A DNA stretch of 64,000 bases from an uncultured Cytophagales bacterium (GTDB taxonomy: Bacteria; Bacteroidota; Bacteroidia; Cytophagales; Cyclobacteriaceae), in the NCBI GenBank assembly GCA_963845845.1, contig CAWJTP010000028.1:15643-79642 (forward strand), given 5' to 3'. The stretch's first letter is position 1. Each line of letters starts with the position of its first letter. Both the position numbers and the translations under genes were made by a program. This document shows, piece after piece, positions 1 to 10,775 of the stretch. Under the pieces are notes generated by a model. It worked only from the letters and a program-made list of their open reading frames with translations. It was not told the DNA's origin and did not search any database.

Positions 1-1
1 G

Positions 2-2326
2 TTGTTTGACTTTCAGGATGAATATGGACAAGGTGTTGGTGGGTCATATTATGCATTGGAGGATGGAACACCATTAAGTGGATCCCTGGAATCCTGGGGG
101 CAACGTTTGGATGGCACGCTGGTGCCGCACTGGTCTCCTGATCCAAACAAAAGCGGAGTAATGCTGCCATATAGCTCCAACCCAAACAGACATAATGATT
201 TCATGCAGACGGGATCAACTGCGGTCTATACAATATCAGCCAGAGCCGGGTCTGAAAAATCTCAACTCTATTTTGGGTTTACCCACGATAGTAGAAAGGG
301 AATTATGCCTGGAAACGAATTGAAGAGGAACAATTTAAGTCTGAAAATCAATCAAAAGTTTCTCAAGAATAAACTGGTGCTGGATGCAAAAATCAATTAC
401 ATAAGAACCGATTTGGATAACGAACTGGCCACGGGAGGTAATTTTGAAAACCCATGGAGACATGTATATAGAATTCCTAACAACATTCGTGTTCAGGAAC
501 TTAAAGAATTCGAATATACCGCAGCCGATGGCAGTGTACGCCAAAATTATTGGCTTCCGGGATCTAACGGAGGGTCTAATCCATATTGGGTCGCACGAAG
601 AAATCTAACGGAGCAGTTCACAAATAGAATCCTGAGCTATGGATCTTTAACTTATAATTTCACTGACAAGCTTAGTTTGATGGCACGTAGTGCGTTTGAA
701 ACTTCTTCCAGCTATAGGGAAACCCGTTTCTATAATGACACCTATATTATTGCTCAGAATGGGGAGTATAGAACGGACAATTCACAAGACTACGATTGGA
801 ACAGTGACTTTTTGTTATCCTATAACGATCAAATTTCAGAGCATTGGAAATACAGTGTCAACGCCGGCGGTAACATCCGAAAGGTAAGTGGTCATGCCGT
901 AGGCACGGTCAATAATGGATTGAGCGTTCCTAACATATTCGCATTAGCCAATGCTTTACAGCCTAGTTTTTCAGAGAGCCTTTTACGCAAGGAGGTCCAA
1001 TCTTTATATGTTTTTGGACAAGGCTCATTTAAAGATATGGTTTTCCTGGACCTTACATTTCGTAATGATTGGAGTTCTACATTACCTGAGGCCAACCGAA
1101 GTTTTGGATATTATTCGGCTGGCTTAAGTGCTGTGATCTCTGATATGTTTGAATTTGGAAGAGGTCTCAGCTATTTAAAGCTCAGGGGTTCCATTGCGGA
1201 AGTAGGGAACGATACAGGGCCATTTAAATTGGATCGAGCTGGTGAGTTGCGAGCAGGAGGTCTGATTTATCTTTCCCCAGTCCTTCCTAATGAAGACCTG
1301 AAAGCGGAGAAGACCATTTCAAGTGAAATAGGTGTCGATGCCAGATTTTTTGAAGGTAAGTTAGGACTTGATATTTCATTGTATAAGACAAACACAACGG
1401 ACCAACTATTCGCACAGGACGTACCTCTTGGATCAGGCGTGCGATCCAGGTTCTTAAATGGAGCAGATGTTGAGAATAGGGGAATTGAAATGATACTTAC
1501 TGCAAATCCTGTTACTATAAACAATTTTAGCTGGAACCTGACACTCAACTTTGCGAAAAACCAAAGTGAGATAAAAGAATTGGCTGAAGGTCTTGATATC
1601 TTAACAATTGGGAACGGTTCATTCGGGATTAGAAACATGCAACTTACAGTTGGCTCTAAATGGGGAGATTACTATTCAAGAGGTTTTGAGAGAGATGAGC
1701 AGGGAAGAATAATAGTAGCCGAAAATGGATTACCCGAAACTACAGCCGGCAAAAGTGTAAAAGTATCGAACTTTAACCCTGATTGGTTGGGTGGAATTCG
1801 TAATACGCTTCAATACAAAAATTTACAATTGACCTTCCTGATAGATATCAGAAAAGGTGGCTCTGTGATTTCAGCATCTCTGGCCTCCTTGGCTTCAGGC
1901 GGGTTTTTGGAAAGTACTGTCGCCGGAAGAGATGGATCATTGGTGGTAGGCCGCAATATATTCGGTACTGAAGGAGCTGTGAAGGCTGACGGGTCTCCAA
2001 ATGACATTCAAGTAACTGCAGAAGACTTATGGAAATCGTTGGGCAAATCCGAACAACCTGTAGGAGAAGCTTTCGTTGAAGATGCTTCTAATATCCGAAT
2101 GAGGGAGTTCGCTTTGGCATATACCCTGCCAACAAAGCTTTTGAACTCTATTGGACTTAAGAATGCTAAAATCAGTCTGGTCGGTAGTAACCTATTCTTT
2201 TTCTCCCTCAAGGCGTCCTTTGACCCTGAAGTTACTACTGGTACAGACTCAAACGAGGAAGGTTATGAGTTTTTTGCACCACCTCTCACAAGAAGCATAG
2301 GCGTGAATTTAAAATTCGGATTTTAA
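2..2326 (+). CDS. SusC/RagA family TonB-dependent outer-membrane transporter (5' truncated by window edge)
   Basis: SusC motifs RNDWSSTLP, YLKLRGSIAEVGND, NPDWLGGIRN; C-terminal aromatic beta strand (VNLKFGF); followed by a SusD-like gene. Confidence 0.95.
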   Translation: MFDFQDEYGQGVGGSYYALEDGTPLSGSLESWGQRLDGTLVPHWSPDPNKSGVMLPYSSNPNRHNDFMQTGSTAVYTISARAGSEKSQLYFGFTHDSRKGIMPGNELKRNNLSLKINQKFLKNKLVLDAKINYIRTDLDNELATGGNFENPWRHVYRIPNNIRVQELKEFEYTAADGSVRQNYWLPGSNGGSNPYWVARRNLTEQFTNRILSYGSLTYNFTDKLSLMARSAFETSSSYRETRFYNDTYIIAQNGEYRTDNSQDYDWNSDFLLSYNDQISEHWKYSVNAGGNIRKVSGHAVGTVNNGLSVPNIFALANALQPSFSESLLRKEVQSLYVFGQGSFKDMVFLDLTFRNDWSSTLPEANRSFGYYSAGLSAVISDMFEFGRGLSYLKLRGSIAEVGNDTGPFKLDRAGELRAGGLIYLSPVLPNEDLKAEKTISSEIGVDARFFEGKLGLDISLYKTNTTDQLFAQDVPLGSGVRSRFLNGADVENRGIEMILTANPVTINNFSWNLTLNFAKNQSEIKELAEGLDILTIGNGSFGIRNMQLTVGSKWGDYYSRGFERDEQGRIIVAENGLPETTAGKSVKVSNFNPDWLGGIRNTLQYKNLQLTFLIDIRKGGSVISASLASLASGGFLESTVAGRDGSLVVGRNIFGTEGAVKADGSPNDIQVTAEDLWKSLGKSEQPVGEAFVEDASNIRMREFALAYTLPTKLLNSIGLKNAKISLVGSNLFFFSLKASFDPEVTTGTDSNEEGYEFFAPPLTRSIGVNLKFGF

Positions 2327-2332
2327 AAACAG

Positions 2333-3919
2333 ATGGTTATGAAAAGCAACAAATCAACAATACTAAAGGCTGTTTTCTATCTGGTATTTGCGACTACCAT
2401 TTGGACCTGTACAGATGATTTTACTAAAAAAAATACAAACGAAAAACAAATTACTATCGATGCTATTGCAAAAGACATCATTTTACAAGGGCAAGTCTTT
2501 GCTCAAGCACAATACGGGACGATGTTCGCAGATCCTTACTATTTCCAGTATGCTCAAAATTGGTGTGCAGACTTATATGTTCAGTATTTTGCCCTTACTA
2601 CTCCTGATGCTGAAGCGGACAGATATGATTTTACGGATTCATGGTCAGGCGAAACATGGTTGTCCTTTTATTCCGACTGCGCACCACACATAAAGGCCAT
2701 TGAAGATATCACTGCTGAAAACAATAACGAAGTTGGCAATGCAATGGCTAAAATCTTAAAGGTTCTCGCGTATTCCAGAATGACTGATCATTATGGTCCA
2801 ATAATGTATTCGCAGTTTGGTAATGGAGAATTGGTAGTTCCCTTTGATACTCAAGAGTCCATCTATACTGATTTTTTTGTCCAGCTTGATGAAGCAGTAT
2901 CCATTTTAAAAGCCAACCCTGGGGCTCAAATGTTTTCATCTGATGATAGAATGTTTGGGGGTAGTGCAGACAAATGGTTGAAATTCGCCAATAGTCTACG
3001 TTTGCGTATGGCAATCCATATCCGATACGCAGATTTGGCCAAAGCCAAGACGGAAGCGGAAAAAGCAATTAATGATGGTGTTATTACTGATGGCTCAGAA
3101 GATGCATTTGTTGCTGTCAATAATATAAACAGATCACCTTATGCCACCATTACGGCATGGGGCGAATTTAGAATGAGTGCTGCGATGGAAAGCGTGTTAA
3201 AAGGGTATAACGACCCTCGTATCCCGACGTATTTTGCAGAGGCGGTAGTAGGAGATTCCGATGGAGATGGGCTTCCTTATGAAGGTCTTTTGAATGGCCA
3301 GAGCCAATCGGCGTTGACGTCACCTCCAAATGATGACTATTCAAATATGTCATTACCTTATTTACCGATTGAAGAAGGTGGTACCAATGGTAATTATGAA
3401 ATTATGACTGCTGCTGAAGTTTATTTTTTAAGAGCAGAAGGTGCCCTTCAAGGTTGGAATATGGGAGGTACAGCCAAAGAAATGTATGAGAGTGGTATCC
3501 GTGCTTCACTTACTGCAAAATCGGACGCAAGTGAAGCATTCATTAATACATATGTTAATAGTTCCGATACTCCCGTACCTTATGAGGAAGGCGCTCCAGC
3601 ACTTACAAATATTCCTGTAGCATTCTCTGCAAACCCGGAAACTCAGCTCGAACAGATTATGACCCAGAAGTGGCTCGCCATCTATCCCAACGGTTGGGAA
3701 GCGTGGGTGGATTTAAGGAGGACGGGCTATCCCAAAATGTATGAACGATTATTTTCGGATAATCCGGATGTTGGACCTTCTGAAATTATGAGAAGAATAA
3801 AATATCCTGACCTGGAGGCTGATACCAACCCGGAAGGATTGGAAGAAGCTCTTCACTTTCCTGAAATGCAAGGCGGTAATAAGAATAGCACGAAGGTTTG
3901 GTGGGATAAGAAGAATTAA
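2333..3919 (+). CDS. SusD/RagB family nutrient-binding lipoprotein
   Basis: Lipobox (TIWTC); motifs MTDHYGPI, KWLKFANSLRLR, AEVYFLRAEG, QIMTQKWLA, EAWVDLRRTGYP and terminal VWWDK. Confidence 0.93.
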   Translation: MVMKSNKSTILKAVFYLVFATTIWTCTDDFTKKNTNEKQITIDAIAKDIILQGQVFAQAQYGTMFADPYYFQYAQNWCADLYVQYFALTTPDAEADRYDFTDSWSGETWLSFYSDCAPHIKAIEDITAENNNEVGNAMAKILKVLAYSRMTDHYGPIMYSQFGNGELVVPFDTQESIYTDFFVQLDEAVSILKANPGAQMFSSDDRMFGGSADKWLKFANSLRLRMAIHIRYADLAKAKTEAEKAINDGVITDGSEDAFVAVNNINRSPYATITAWGEFRMSAAMESVLKGYNDPRIPTYFAEAVVGDSDGDGLPYEGLLNGQSQSALTSPPNDDYSNMSLPYLPIEEGGTNGNYEIMTAAEVYFLRAEGALQGWNMGGTAKEMYESGIRASLTAKSDASEAFINTYVNSSDTPVPYEEGAPALTNIPVAFSANPETQLEQIMTQKWLAIYPNGWEAWVDLRRTGYPKMYERLFSDNPDVGPSEIMRRIKYPDLEADTNPEGLEEALHFPEMQGGNKNSTKVWWDKKN

Positions 3920-3946
3920 ATGTGATAAACATCGAAGTGTATTACT

Positions 3947-5575
3947 ATGAAACGCAGAGACATTATAAAGCAACTGGGTATAGTCCCCGTAGCAGGAAGT
4001 TTATTTGCCAGCGAGTCTGTCTTCGGTAAAACGATTGATCAGGCTTCACCCCTGGCAGACGATAGTGTATTGAGCAATATAGGAGTCTATGATGCCATCG
4101 GAGTCGTCCCGATCATTAACTGCCGGGGAACCTTTACGATCCTCGGTGGTTCTACGGAACGACCGGAAGTATTAAAGGCGATCGAGTCCGCTTCGGGGTA
4201 TTTCGTTCAATACGATGAACTTGCTCTCGGTATCGGCAAACGACTGGCTGAACTTACAAAGGCCCCATGGGGAATGGTTTCGGCCGGATGTGCTGCTGGA
4301 TTGAAACATGTCACGGCTGCTTGCGTAACAGGTGGCAATCCGGAAAAGCTCATCAGGATACCCGACCTTACGGGTCTCGAGAAGACTGAAGTGATCGCGC
4401 CTCGGTACTCGAGGAACGTATATGATCATGCGATCAGGAATGTCGGCGTTACCATGATAACAGTCGACTCCGCTGAAGAATTAAGAGCGGCTATCAATCA
4501 CAAAACTGCTATGATCTATGTCAACTCCGATGAGGACTCTGCCACAGGTCAGCCGATGTCACTTGAAGTTATAGCCGCGATAGCCAAAGAAAAAAATATC
4601 CCTGTACTTGTCGATGCTGCCGCCGAAGACCTCACTATCCCATGCGTTCATTTGCAACGAGGCGCCACAGTGGTGGCATATAGCGGAGGCAAAGCAATCT
4701 GCGGTCCTCAATGTGCCGGACTTTTAATTGGTGATCAAGATCTGCTGATGTCCGCATGGCAGGCAAGCTCACCACATCATGGTCCGGGCAGAGATAATAA
4801 AGTGGGCAAGGAAGAGATGTTGGGAATGCTGGCGGCAGTAGAAGCATGGACGACCAGAGATCATAAAGCGGAATGGGCCACCTGGCTTTCATGGCTCGAT
4901 GAGATTTCAAAAAAGCTGTCGACAGTCGCAGGTGTGACTACTACCGTGTCGGATCCCACCGGTCTTTCCAACCGGAGTCCAAGGTTAAACATCACCTGGG
5001 ACGCGGACAAACTTAATATCACAGGCGAAGAAGTTGCTGAGATAGTAGCGAGGAGTAAACCAAGAATTGCTATCGGTGCCAGGTCCGGCGAGGGCAAGAC
5101 TTCGATCAACATAACGCCTAGTCAAATGCGCCCCGGCAACGCCAAAGTCGTCGCGGACAGGCTGCATGAAATTCTCTCGCAGAAACGCAAACAAATCCCG
5201 GATGAGATGGCCGCTGCTAAGGGCAATATCACCGGGCACTGGGAAGTTGAAATGGAATTCTTCACGAGCAAAAGCACACATTATTTCTTCCTTCAGCAGG
5301 ATGGCAATTGGGTGAGCGGATCACACCAAAGCGACTTCTCTACGCAGGAAATTGTGGGTATGATAGAAGGGCCCGACATAAAACTTCGAAGCAACCACAG
5401 ATCAGTTGGTGACGGGATCAGCTATTGGTTTTCTGCTAAAATGGAAGGCGACAAACTTGCTGGATCAGTTTTTCTCGGCGAATACCTTACCGCTAAATTC
5501 TCCGCGAAGCGCGTCGAATATAAGAAAGAGCATAAACGCATAGTGGTACCGGGAGGTCCTCCATTGGCAACCTGA
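3947..5575 (+). CDS. SelA-like/DgaE-family PLP-dependent enzyme with Tat signal and extra C-terminal beta domain
   Basis: N-terminal KRRDIIK twin-arginine motif; IINCRGTFTILGGS, VLVDAAAE, YSGGKAICGPQ (PLP lysine), GRDNKVGKEE. Confidence 0.85.
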   Translation: MKRRDIIKQLGIVPVAGSLFASESVFGKTIDQASPLADDSVLSNIGVYDAIGVVPIINCRGTFTILGGSTERPEVLKAIESASGYFVQYDELALGIGKRLAELTKAPWGMVSAGCAAGLKHVTAACVTGGNPEKLIRIPDLTGLEKTEVIAPRYSRNVYDHAIRNVGVTMITVDSAEELRAAINHKTAMIYVNSDEDSATGQPMSLEVIAAIAKEKNIPVLVDAAAEDLTIPCVHLQRGATVVAYSGGKAICGPQCAGLLIGDQDLLMSAWQASSPHHGPGRDNKVGKEEMLGMLAAVEAWTTRDHKAEWATWLSWLDEISKKLSTVAGVTTTVSDPTGLSNRSPRLNITWDADKLNITGEEVAEIVARSKPRIAIGARSGEGKTSINITPSQMRPGNAKVVADRLHEILSQKRKQIPDEMAAAKGNITGHWEVEMEFFTSKSTHYFFLQQDGNWVSGSHQSDFSTQEIVGMIEGPDIKLRSNHRSVGDGISYWFSAKMEGDKLAGSVFLGEYLTAKFSAKRVEYKKEHKRIVVPGGPPLAT

Positions 5576-5602
5576 TTTTAAGATTTACTAATCATCACGT
5601 TA

Positions 5603-6859
5603 ATGAATAGAACGGTAAGACAAGGGCTATATGCCTTCTTGTTCTTTTTGTCGATATCGGTCTTTGACCTGCAAGCTCAGAAATACGATCTGCTCCTGAA
5701 GGGAGGACACCTCATTGATGCAAAGAACAACATCGATGGCATTATGGACCTCGCCATAACCGATGGAAAGATTGTGGAAGTGGCCCCGGGCATTCCCGCA
5801 GACAAAGCCACCAAAACGATCAATGTTTCCGGGTTATATGTTACTCCGGGTCTGATAGACATGCATGCGCATGTCTTTATGGGCAATGCACCCGGTGCAT
5901 ATATCGCGGACGGAGCGACCAGTGTAATGCCCGATGGGTTCACCTTTCGATCTGGAGTAACAACTGTAGTAGATGCTGGCTCTTCAGGATGGAGGAATTT
6001 TCCTTTGTTCAAGGAACAGACCATCGATAAGGCGAAAACCAGGGTTCTTGCCCTGCTCAATATCGTTGGCAATGGGATGAAAAGCAGATTCGAAGAGCAG
6101 GATGTTACCGATATGAATCCGGAAATGACTGCCTATTGTATCCAGAAACAGTATCCCAACATTCTTGTGGGTATAAAGGCCGCCCATTATTGGGGTGGCT
6201 TCACACAGGTCGACCTTGCTGTCGAGGCGGGTAAAAAAGCCGGGGTTCCGGTAATGGTGGATTTCGGTGAACATGACCCTCCTAATTCTATCGAATCCTT
6301 ATTTATGCAGCATTTACGACCTGGTGATATTTTCACTCATACCTATTCGAACGGTCCCAAAGAACGAGAGACTATTGTCGATGAAAACGGAAAGCTGAAA
6401 CCATTGGTGCTGAAAGCGCAGCAAAGGGGGATTATTTTCGACGCGGGCCATGGAGGAGGTGCCTTCACCTGGGCACAAGCCGTTCCAGCTACGAAGCAAG
6501 GTTTTAAAACGGATGTCATCAGCACAGATCTGCACACACAAAGTATGAATTCCGGAATGAAAGATCTGAGCAACGTGATATCAAAATTCATGGCACTGGG
6601 CATTTCCCTTCCCGATGCTATTTCACGCGCGACGTGGGCTCCCGCAAAGGTTATTCATAGAGAAGATCTGGGGCATTTGAGCGTTGGTGCTGAAGCGGAT
6701 ATAGCGGTCTTCAACTTGCGGAAAGGTGACTTCGGTTTTCTGGATGTAGCAGGAGTAAGATTAAAGGGAGATAAAAAGCTGGAAACCGAACTCACCTTAA
6801 GGGCCGGAAAGGTGGTATGGGACCTGAACGGGATATCAGCGAAAGATTTTAGAGAATAA
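5603..6859 (+). CDS. Amidohydrolase/deacetylase family metallohydrolase (dihydroorotase-like fold), signal peptide
   Basis: PGLIDMHAH metal motif; SGVTTVVDAGSSG, DAGHGGGAF, ISTDLH; hydrophobic N-terminus ending LQA|Q. Confidence 0.9.
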   Translation: MNRTVRQGLYAFLFFLSISVFDLQAQKYDLLLKGGHLIDAKNNIDGIMDLAITDGKIVEVAPGIPADKATKTINVSGLYVTPGLIDMHAHVFMGNAPGAYIADGATSVMPDGFTFRSGVTTVVDAGSSGWRNFPLFKEQTIDKAKTRVLALLNIVGNGMKSRFEEQDVTDMNPEMTAYCIQKQYPNILVGIKAAHYWGGFTQVDLAVEAGKKAGVPVMVDFGEHDPPNSIESLFMQHLRPGDIFTHTYSNGPKERETIVDENGKLKPLVLKAQQRGIIFDAGHGGGAFTWAQAVPATKQGFKTDVISTDLHTQSMNSGMKDLSNVISKFMALGISLPDAISRATWAPAKVIHREDLGHLSVGAEADIAVFNLRKGDFGFLDVAGVRLKGDKKLETELTLRAGKVVWDLNGISAKDFRE

Positions 6860-6872
6860 CAGCTTCCGTCCA

Positions 6873-8148
6873 ATGAATAAAACAATTCAATCTAACATTA
6901 TGAGGAGCGCGATTAGCCTGATACTATTTTTTATAACCCTATCCCTACAGGCCCAGGAAATAGACATACTGATTAAGAACGGTCATGTGTTCGACGCAAA
7001 GAACAACATAGACGCCATCGCAGATGTTTCGATAACCGATGGGAAGATAGTCCAGGTGGCACCTTCTATATCCGATAAACATGCAAAGCAGGTAATCAAT
7101 GCAACGGGACTTTATATTATCCCCGGACTTATAGATCCTCATACCCATGTTTTTGTAGGACCGAGACCTGACAGGTTCGCTAACGGTTTTAATAGTTTGT
7201 CACCTGACGACTTTAGTTTTAAATCGGGCGTCACCACCGTAGTGGATGCTGGCACTTCCGGATGGCAGAATTTTCCTCAGTTCAAGTCACAGGTCATCGA
7301 CCAATCGAAAACGCGGGTATTGGCTTTCCTGAACATTGCTGCTGAAGGATTAGACGGAACGGAGATCGATCTGACGAAACTTGAGGCCGAAAAACGTGAC
7401 CTCAATCAAATGGACATCGCCAAAACCTCTGCTATGATTCTGGAATATCCGGATATCATCGTGGGCGTCAAGATCGGCCACTTCAAGGGGGAAAGTTGGG
7501 CCCCGTTTGAAAGAGCGGTAGCCGCTGCCGCGAAGACAAACCGTCCACTTTTTGTTGAATGCCATCTGCCGGAATATTCGCTTGAAGATCAACTCAAGCA
7601 TATGCGCCCGGGAGACATGATCACGCATTCGTTCGAGAACATTTCAGAGCGCACCCCGATAATCAATTCGGAAGGAAAGGTTTTGCCTTATGTGCTGGCA
7701 GCAAAGGAGAGAGGCATTCTGTTCGATGTTGGGCATGGCGGCGCCGGCTTCTGGTTCGACCAGGCGATTCCCGCATTTGATCAAGGCCTTTGGCCCAATT
7801 CGTTCGGCACAGACCTTCACCGCTTCAGCATGAACGCGGGAATGAAAGACATGTTGAACGTAATGTCGAAGTTTCTGAACATGGGGTATGCCGTTGAATG
7901 AAGTGCTTAAGAGAGGCAGCTGGTATCCTGCTAAGGCCATCAAAAGAGAGGACCTTGGTAACTTGAGCCCCGGGAGCGTCGCGGATGTCGCCATCTTATC
8001 GCTTAGAAAGGGAGAGTTCGGGTTCATCGATGCGCGGAACAACAGCATCAAAGGAGATAAAAAACTGGAAGCTGAAATGACTATAAGGGCCGGCAAGATT
8101 GTGTGGGATCTGAACGGCCTTGCAGCAAAACCTTTCGAAAGGAAATGA
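6873..8148 (+). CDS. Second amidohydrolase/deacetylase paralogue (frameshift near 7888, likely sequencing indel)
   Basis: PGLIDPHTH, SGVTTVVDAGTSG, FGTDLH; ORF 7888-8148 supplies the C-terminus homologous to the upstream paralogue (KIVWDLNG). Confidence 0.85.
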
Positions 8149-8177
8149 ATAGTAGAACAGGATATCAAAAATTGAAT

Positions 8178-9968
8178 ATGAAGTTAGATTTCAGGAAACA
8201 GATCTCGAATATTTTCAACGTGTCATTGGGTTTGTTTATAGTACTCGTTCTCGCGCAGTGTTCCGATCCATCGCGAACAACGTTGCCGATGGCCGATAAA
8301 GACAACGGTGGCCTGTTTCTCCCCGGCGGTTTCGAAGCGCTTGTAGTAGTGGATAGTATCGGAGAGACCAGGCATATTGCCGTGAGTAACAACGGTGATG
8401 TCTATGCGCAGCTTCAGAGTTCTGACGATGGCAAAGGTACCGTCGGAATGCGCGACGTTGACCATGACGGCAAGGCCGATAGTATTATTCGTTTCGGCAA
8501 CTTTCCGGATAAGGGCAGAGGTGCCACTGGTATCACGATACACAATGGCTATCTGTATACCAGTACCAAGAAGCATATATTCCGAAACAAAATGACCCAC
8601 GGGGAATTGGTTCCCACAAGTGAAACCGAAGTGGTGCTGACGGACATGGATCCCAACGTAGGAAGGAACTGGCATACAACAAAGCCCGTTGCGTTTGATG
8701 AGAAGGGAAACATGTACGTGCCTTTTGGAGCACCCTCTGACGCATGCCAGGACATGGAGAAATATGGTCCTGTCGGAATACCGCACGGCAAAGGGTTGGA
8801 TCCATGTCCGGAGCTGGAAAAGCATGCGGGGATATGGCGCTTCGATGCCGATAAGATCGGTCTGACCCAGGAAGACGGGACCAAATTTGCATCAGGTATC
8901 AGGAGTATCGTGGGAATGGAATGGAACCCGAAGGATGAAAGTCTGTACGCTGTAGGGAACGGCATCGATAATTTCCATACCATTTTCCCCGACCTCTTTA
9001 CGAGTTGGCAGGCTGCGATGCTGCCCTCTGAAACTCTTATGAAAGTGACCGAGGGTTCCGATTATGGATGGCCCTATGCCTACTATGATCAGATTCAAAA
9101 GAAAAACATCTTGCAGCCGGGATACGGCGGTGATGGCAAAATCGTAAGCAAGGCTAAATATGACGAGCCGGCAGTCGGGTTCCCGGGACATTGGGCCCCA
9201 ATGGATGTTATGTTCTATCATGGTGACCAATTCCCAAAGCGCTATAACAACGGCGCTTTTGTCGCCCTTCATGGATCAACAGATCGTGCTCCTTACCCCA
9301 TGTCAGGTTTCATAGTCTGCTTTGTTCCTTTTGATGAGGACGGCAATGCCACGGGAGAATTTGAGGTTTTTGCCGATGGCTTTGCAAGAGTTGATATCGT
9401 TAAAAATACCAGTGATGCCGTCTATAGGCCGATGGGTCTTTCGACAGGACCTGATGGTTCCATATACATCAGCGAATCCAATCAAGGAAAGATATGGAGG
9501 GTAATGTACAAAGGGGATAAGGAAAAATTCGGACAATCCGAATTGGCGGCAATGGAAGGTCGAAAGAAGACTCAAAACTATATCAAAGACCCCGATCCGG
9601 TCAAGGATTTGGTACAGGAAGGGGACACCTATAGTGGAAGAATATTATATGATACGTATTGTACGGCATGCCATCAGCGGGATGGAAAAGGAGACAATAA
9701 CCGTTTCCCTCCATTAGCCGATTCCGAGTGGGTCACCGGATCCGAGGAAGCACTGATCAACGTTGTACTGAACGGGATGCAGGGCGATCTCGTGGTTAAA
9801 GGAAAAACCTATAATGGACTCATGCCAGCGCATAATCATTTGGACGATCATGCCATCGCTTCGATTCTATCCTATGTCAGAAAGAGGTTCGGTAATGAGT
9901 CAAAGCCCGTTACCGCTGTAACAGTATCTAAAATCAGAAGTTCATCTTCAAACAAAAAACTTCCTTAA
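8178..9968 (+). CDS. PQQ-type/sorbosone-like sugar dehydrogenase beta-propeller fused to C-terminal cytochrome c (lipoprotein)
   Basis: Lipobox LAQC; LPGGFEA, YGWPYAY, HWAPMD, AFVALHGS, RPMGLSTGPDGSIYIS; haem motif CTACH and distal Met (GLMPAH). Start could also be 8145. Confidence 0.85.
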   Translation: MKLDFRKQISNIFNVSLGLFIVLVLAQCSDPSRTTLPMADKDNGGLFLPGGFEALVVVDSIGETRHIAVSNNGDVYAQLQSSDDGKGTVGMRDVDHDGKADSIIRFGNFPDKGRGATGITIHNGYLYTSTKKHIFRNKMTHGELVPTSETEVVLTDMDPNVGRNWHTTKPVAFDEKGNMYVPFGAPSDACQDMEKYGPVGIPHGKGLDPCPELEKHAGIWRFDADKIGLTQEDGTKFASGIRSIVGMEWNPKDESLYAVGNGIDNFHTIFPDLFTSWQAAMLPSETLMKVTEGSDYGWPYAYYDQIQKKNILQPGYGGDGKIVSKAKYDEPAVGFPGHWAPMDVMFYHGDQFPKRYNNGAFVALHGSTDRAPYPMSGFIVCFVPFDEDGNATGEFEVFADGFARVDIVKNTSDAVYRPMGLSTGPDGSIYISESNQGKIWRVMYKGDKEKFGQSELAAMEGRKKTQNYIKDPDPVKDLVQEGDTYSGRILYDTYCTACHQRDGKGDNNRFPPLADSEWVTGSEEALINVVLNGMQGDLVVKGKTYNGLMPAHNHLDDHAIASILSYVRKRFGNESKPVTAVTVSKIRSSSSNKKLP

Positions 9969-9973
9969 TATTT

Positions 9974-10756
9974 ATGAGAATCCGGGGTATGCATCATAGC
10001 AATAGTGAGGTGGGTAAGCGGATCGCGTTTATTCTGGTTTTTCTGATTCAAATAGCTTCTTTTTCCGAATCCAACGCTACCCCTATCCTGGGCAACCAGC
10101 AAGGCGATCCGCTCCTGGTCAAAAAGTGTAGTGAATTCAAGATCACAGGCAAAGGCGATAATGCTGAATGGAACAGAACCGAATGGTTGACACTTACCAA
10201 ATTGGATCCGGAGGGTGCTGACTATAAAAGTAAATTTAAAGTCCTGTCATCGGAGAAAGGTATCTACATACTCTTCCAGGGCGAGGACAACAAAATCACC
10301 ACGTCGGATTATAAGGATATGGACAAGATCTGGAACGGTGATGTATTCGAGGTTTTTTTCCAAACAGACACACAGGAGGCAAAATATTTTGAATACGAAG
10401 TAAACCAGTTCGAAAGACAGCTTCTTTTGATGATCTCAAACTCGAAGGACGGAGTAGGCTGGATACCCTTTAACGAGTATGATAGCAATACGTATGGAAC
10501 GATCAACAAAGTTGAAATACTTGGCGGGCCACGAAAATTGCACGGAAAGATCACCTCGTGGAGCGCGGAAGTCTTCATATCGTATAAGTCCCTAGGGCTC
10601 CTATCCCTGGTCCCACCGAAAAGCGGCACGATATGGAACGCCAATTTTTGCAGGCTTGACCATGACGCGGGCAAGATGGTGAAGTGGTCATGGACCCCGA
10701 CCATAAAAGAATCTCTTCATGAGCTTGATAAGTTCCGAGCGATTATATTCGAGTAA
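9974..10756 (+). CDS. Carbohydrate-binding family 9-like (CBM9/DOMON-like) protein
   Basis: IWNGDVFEVFF, YFEYEVN, WSAEVFI, WNANFCRLD pattern; signal-like N-terminus. Confidence 0.75.
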   Translation: MRIRGMHHSNSEVGKRIAFILVFLIQIASFSESNATPILGNQQGDPLLVKKCSEFKITGKGDNAEWNRTEWLTLTKLDPEGADYKSKFKVLSSEKGIYILFQGEDNKITTSDYKDMDKIWNGDVFEVFFQTDTQEAKYFEYEVNQFERQLLLMISNSKDGVGWIPFNEYDSNTYGTINKVEILGGPRKLHGKITSWSAEVFISYKSLGLLSLVPPKSGTIWNANFCRLDHDAGKMVKWSWTPTIKESLHELDKFRAIIFE

Positions 10757-10775
10757 AATCCAACATAAATAGCCA

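Noticed and set aside
3947-5575. True selenocysteine synthase SelA, with the tRNA at 40505 as tRNA-Sec
   Set aside because: The protein has a Tat signal and catabolic neighbours, no selB/selD is present, and the tRNA anticodon is TGA (Ser), not TCA
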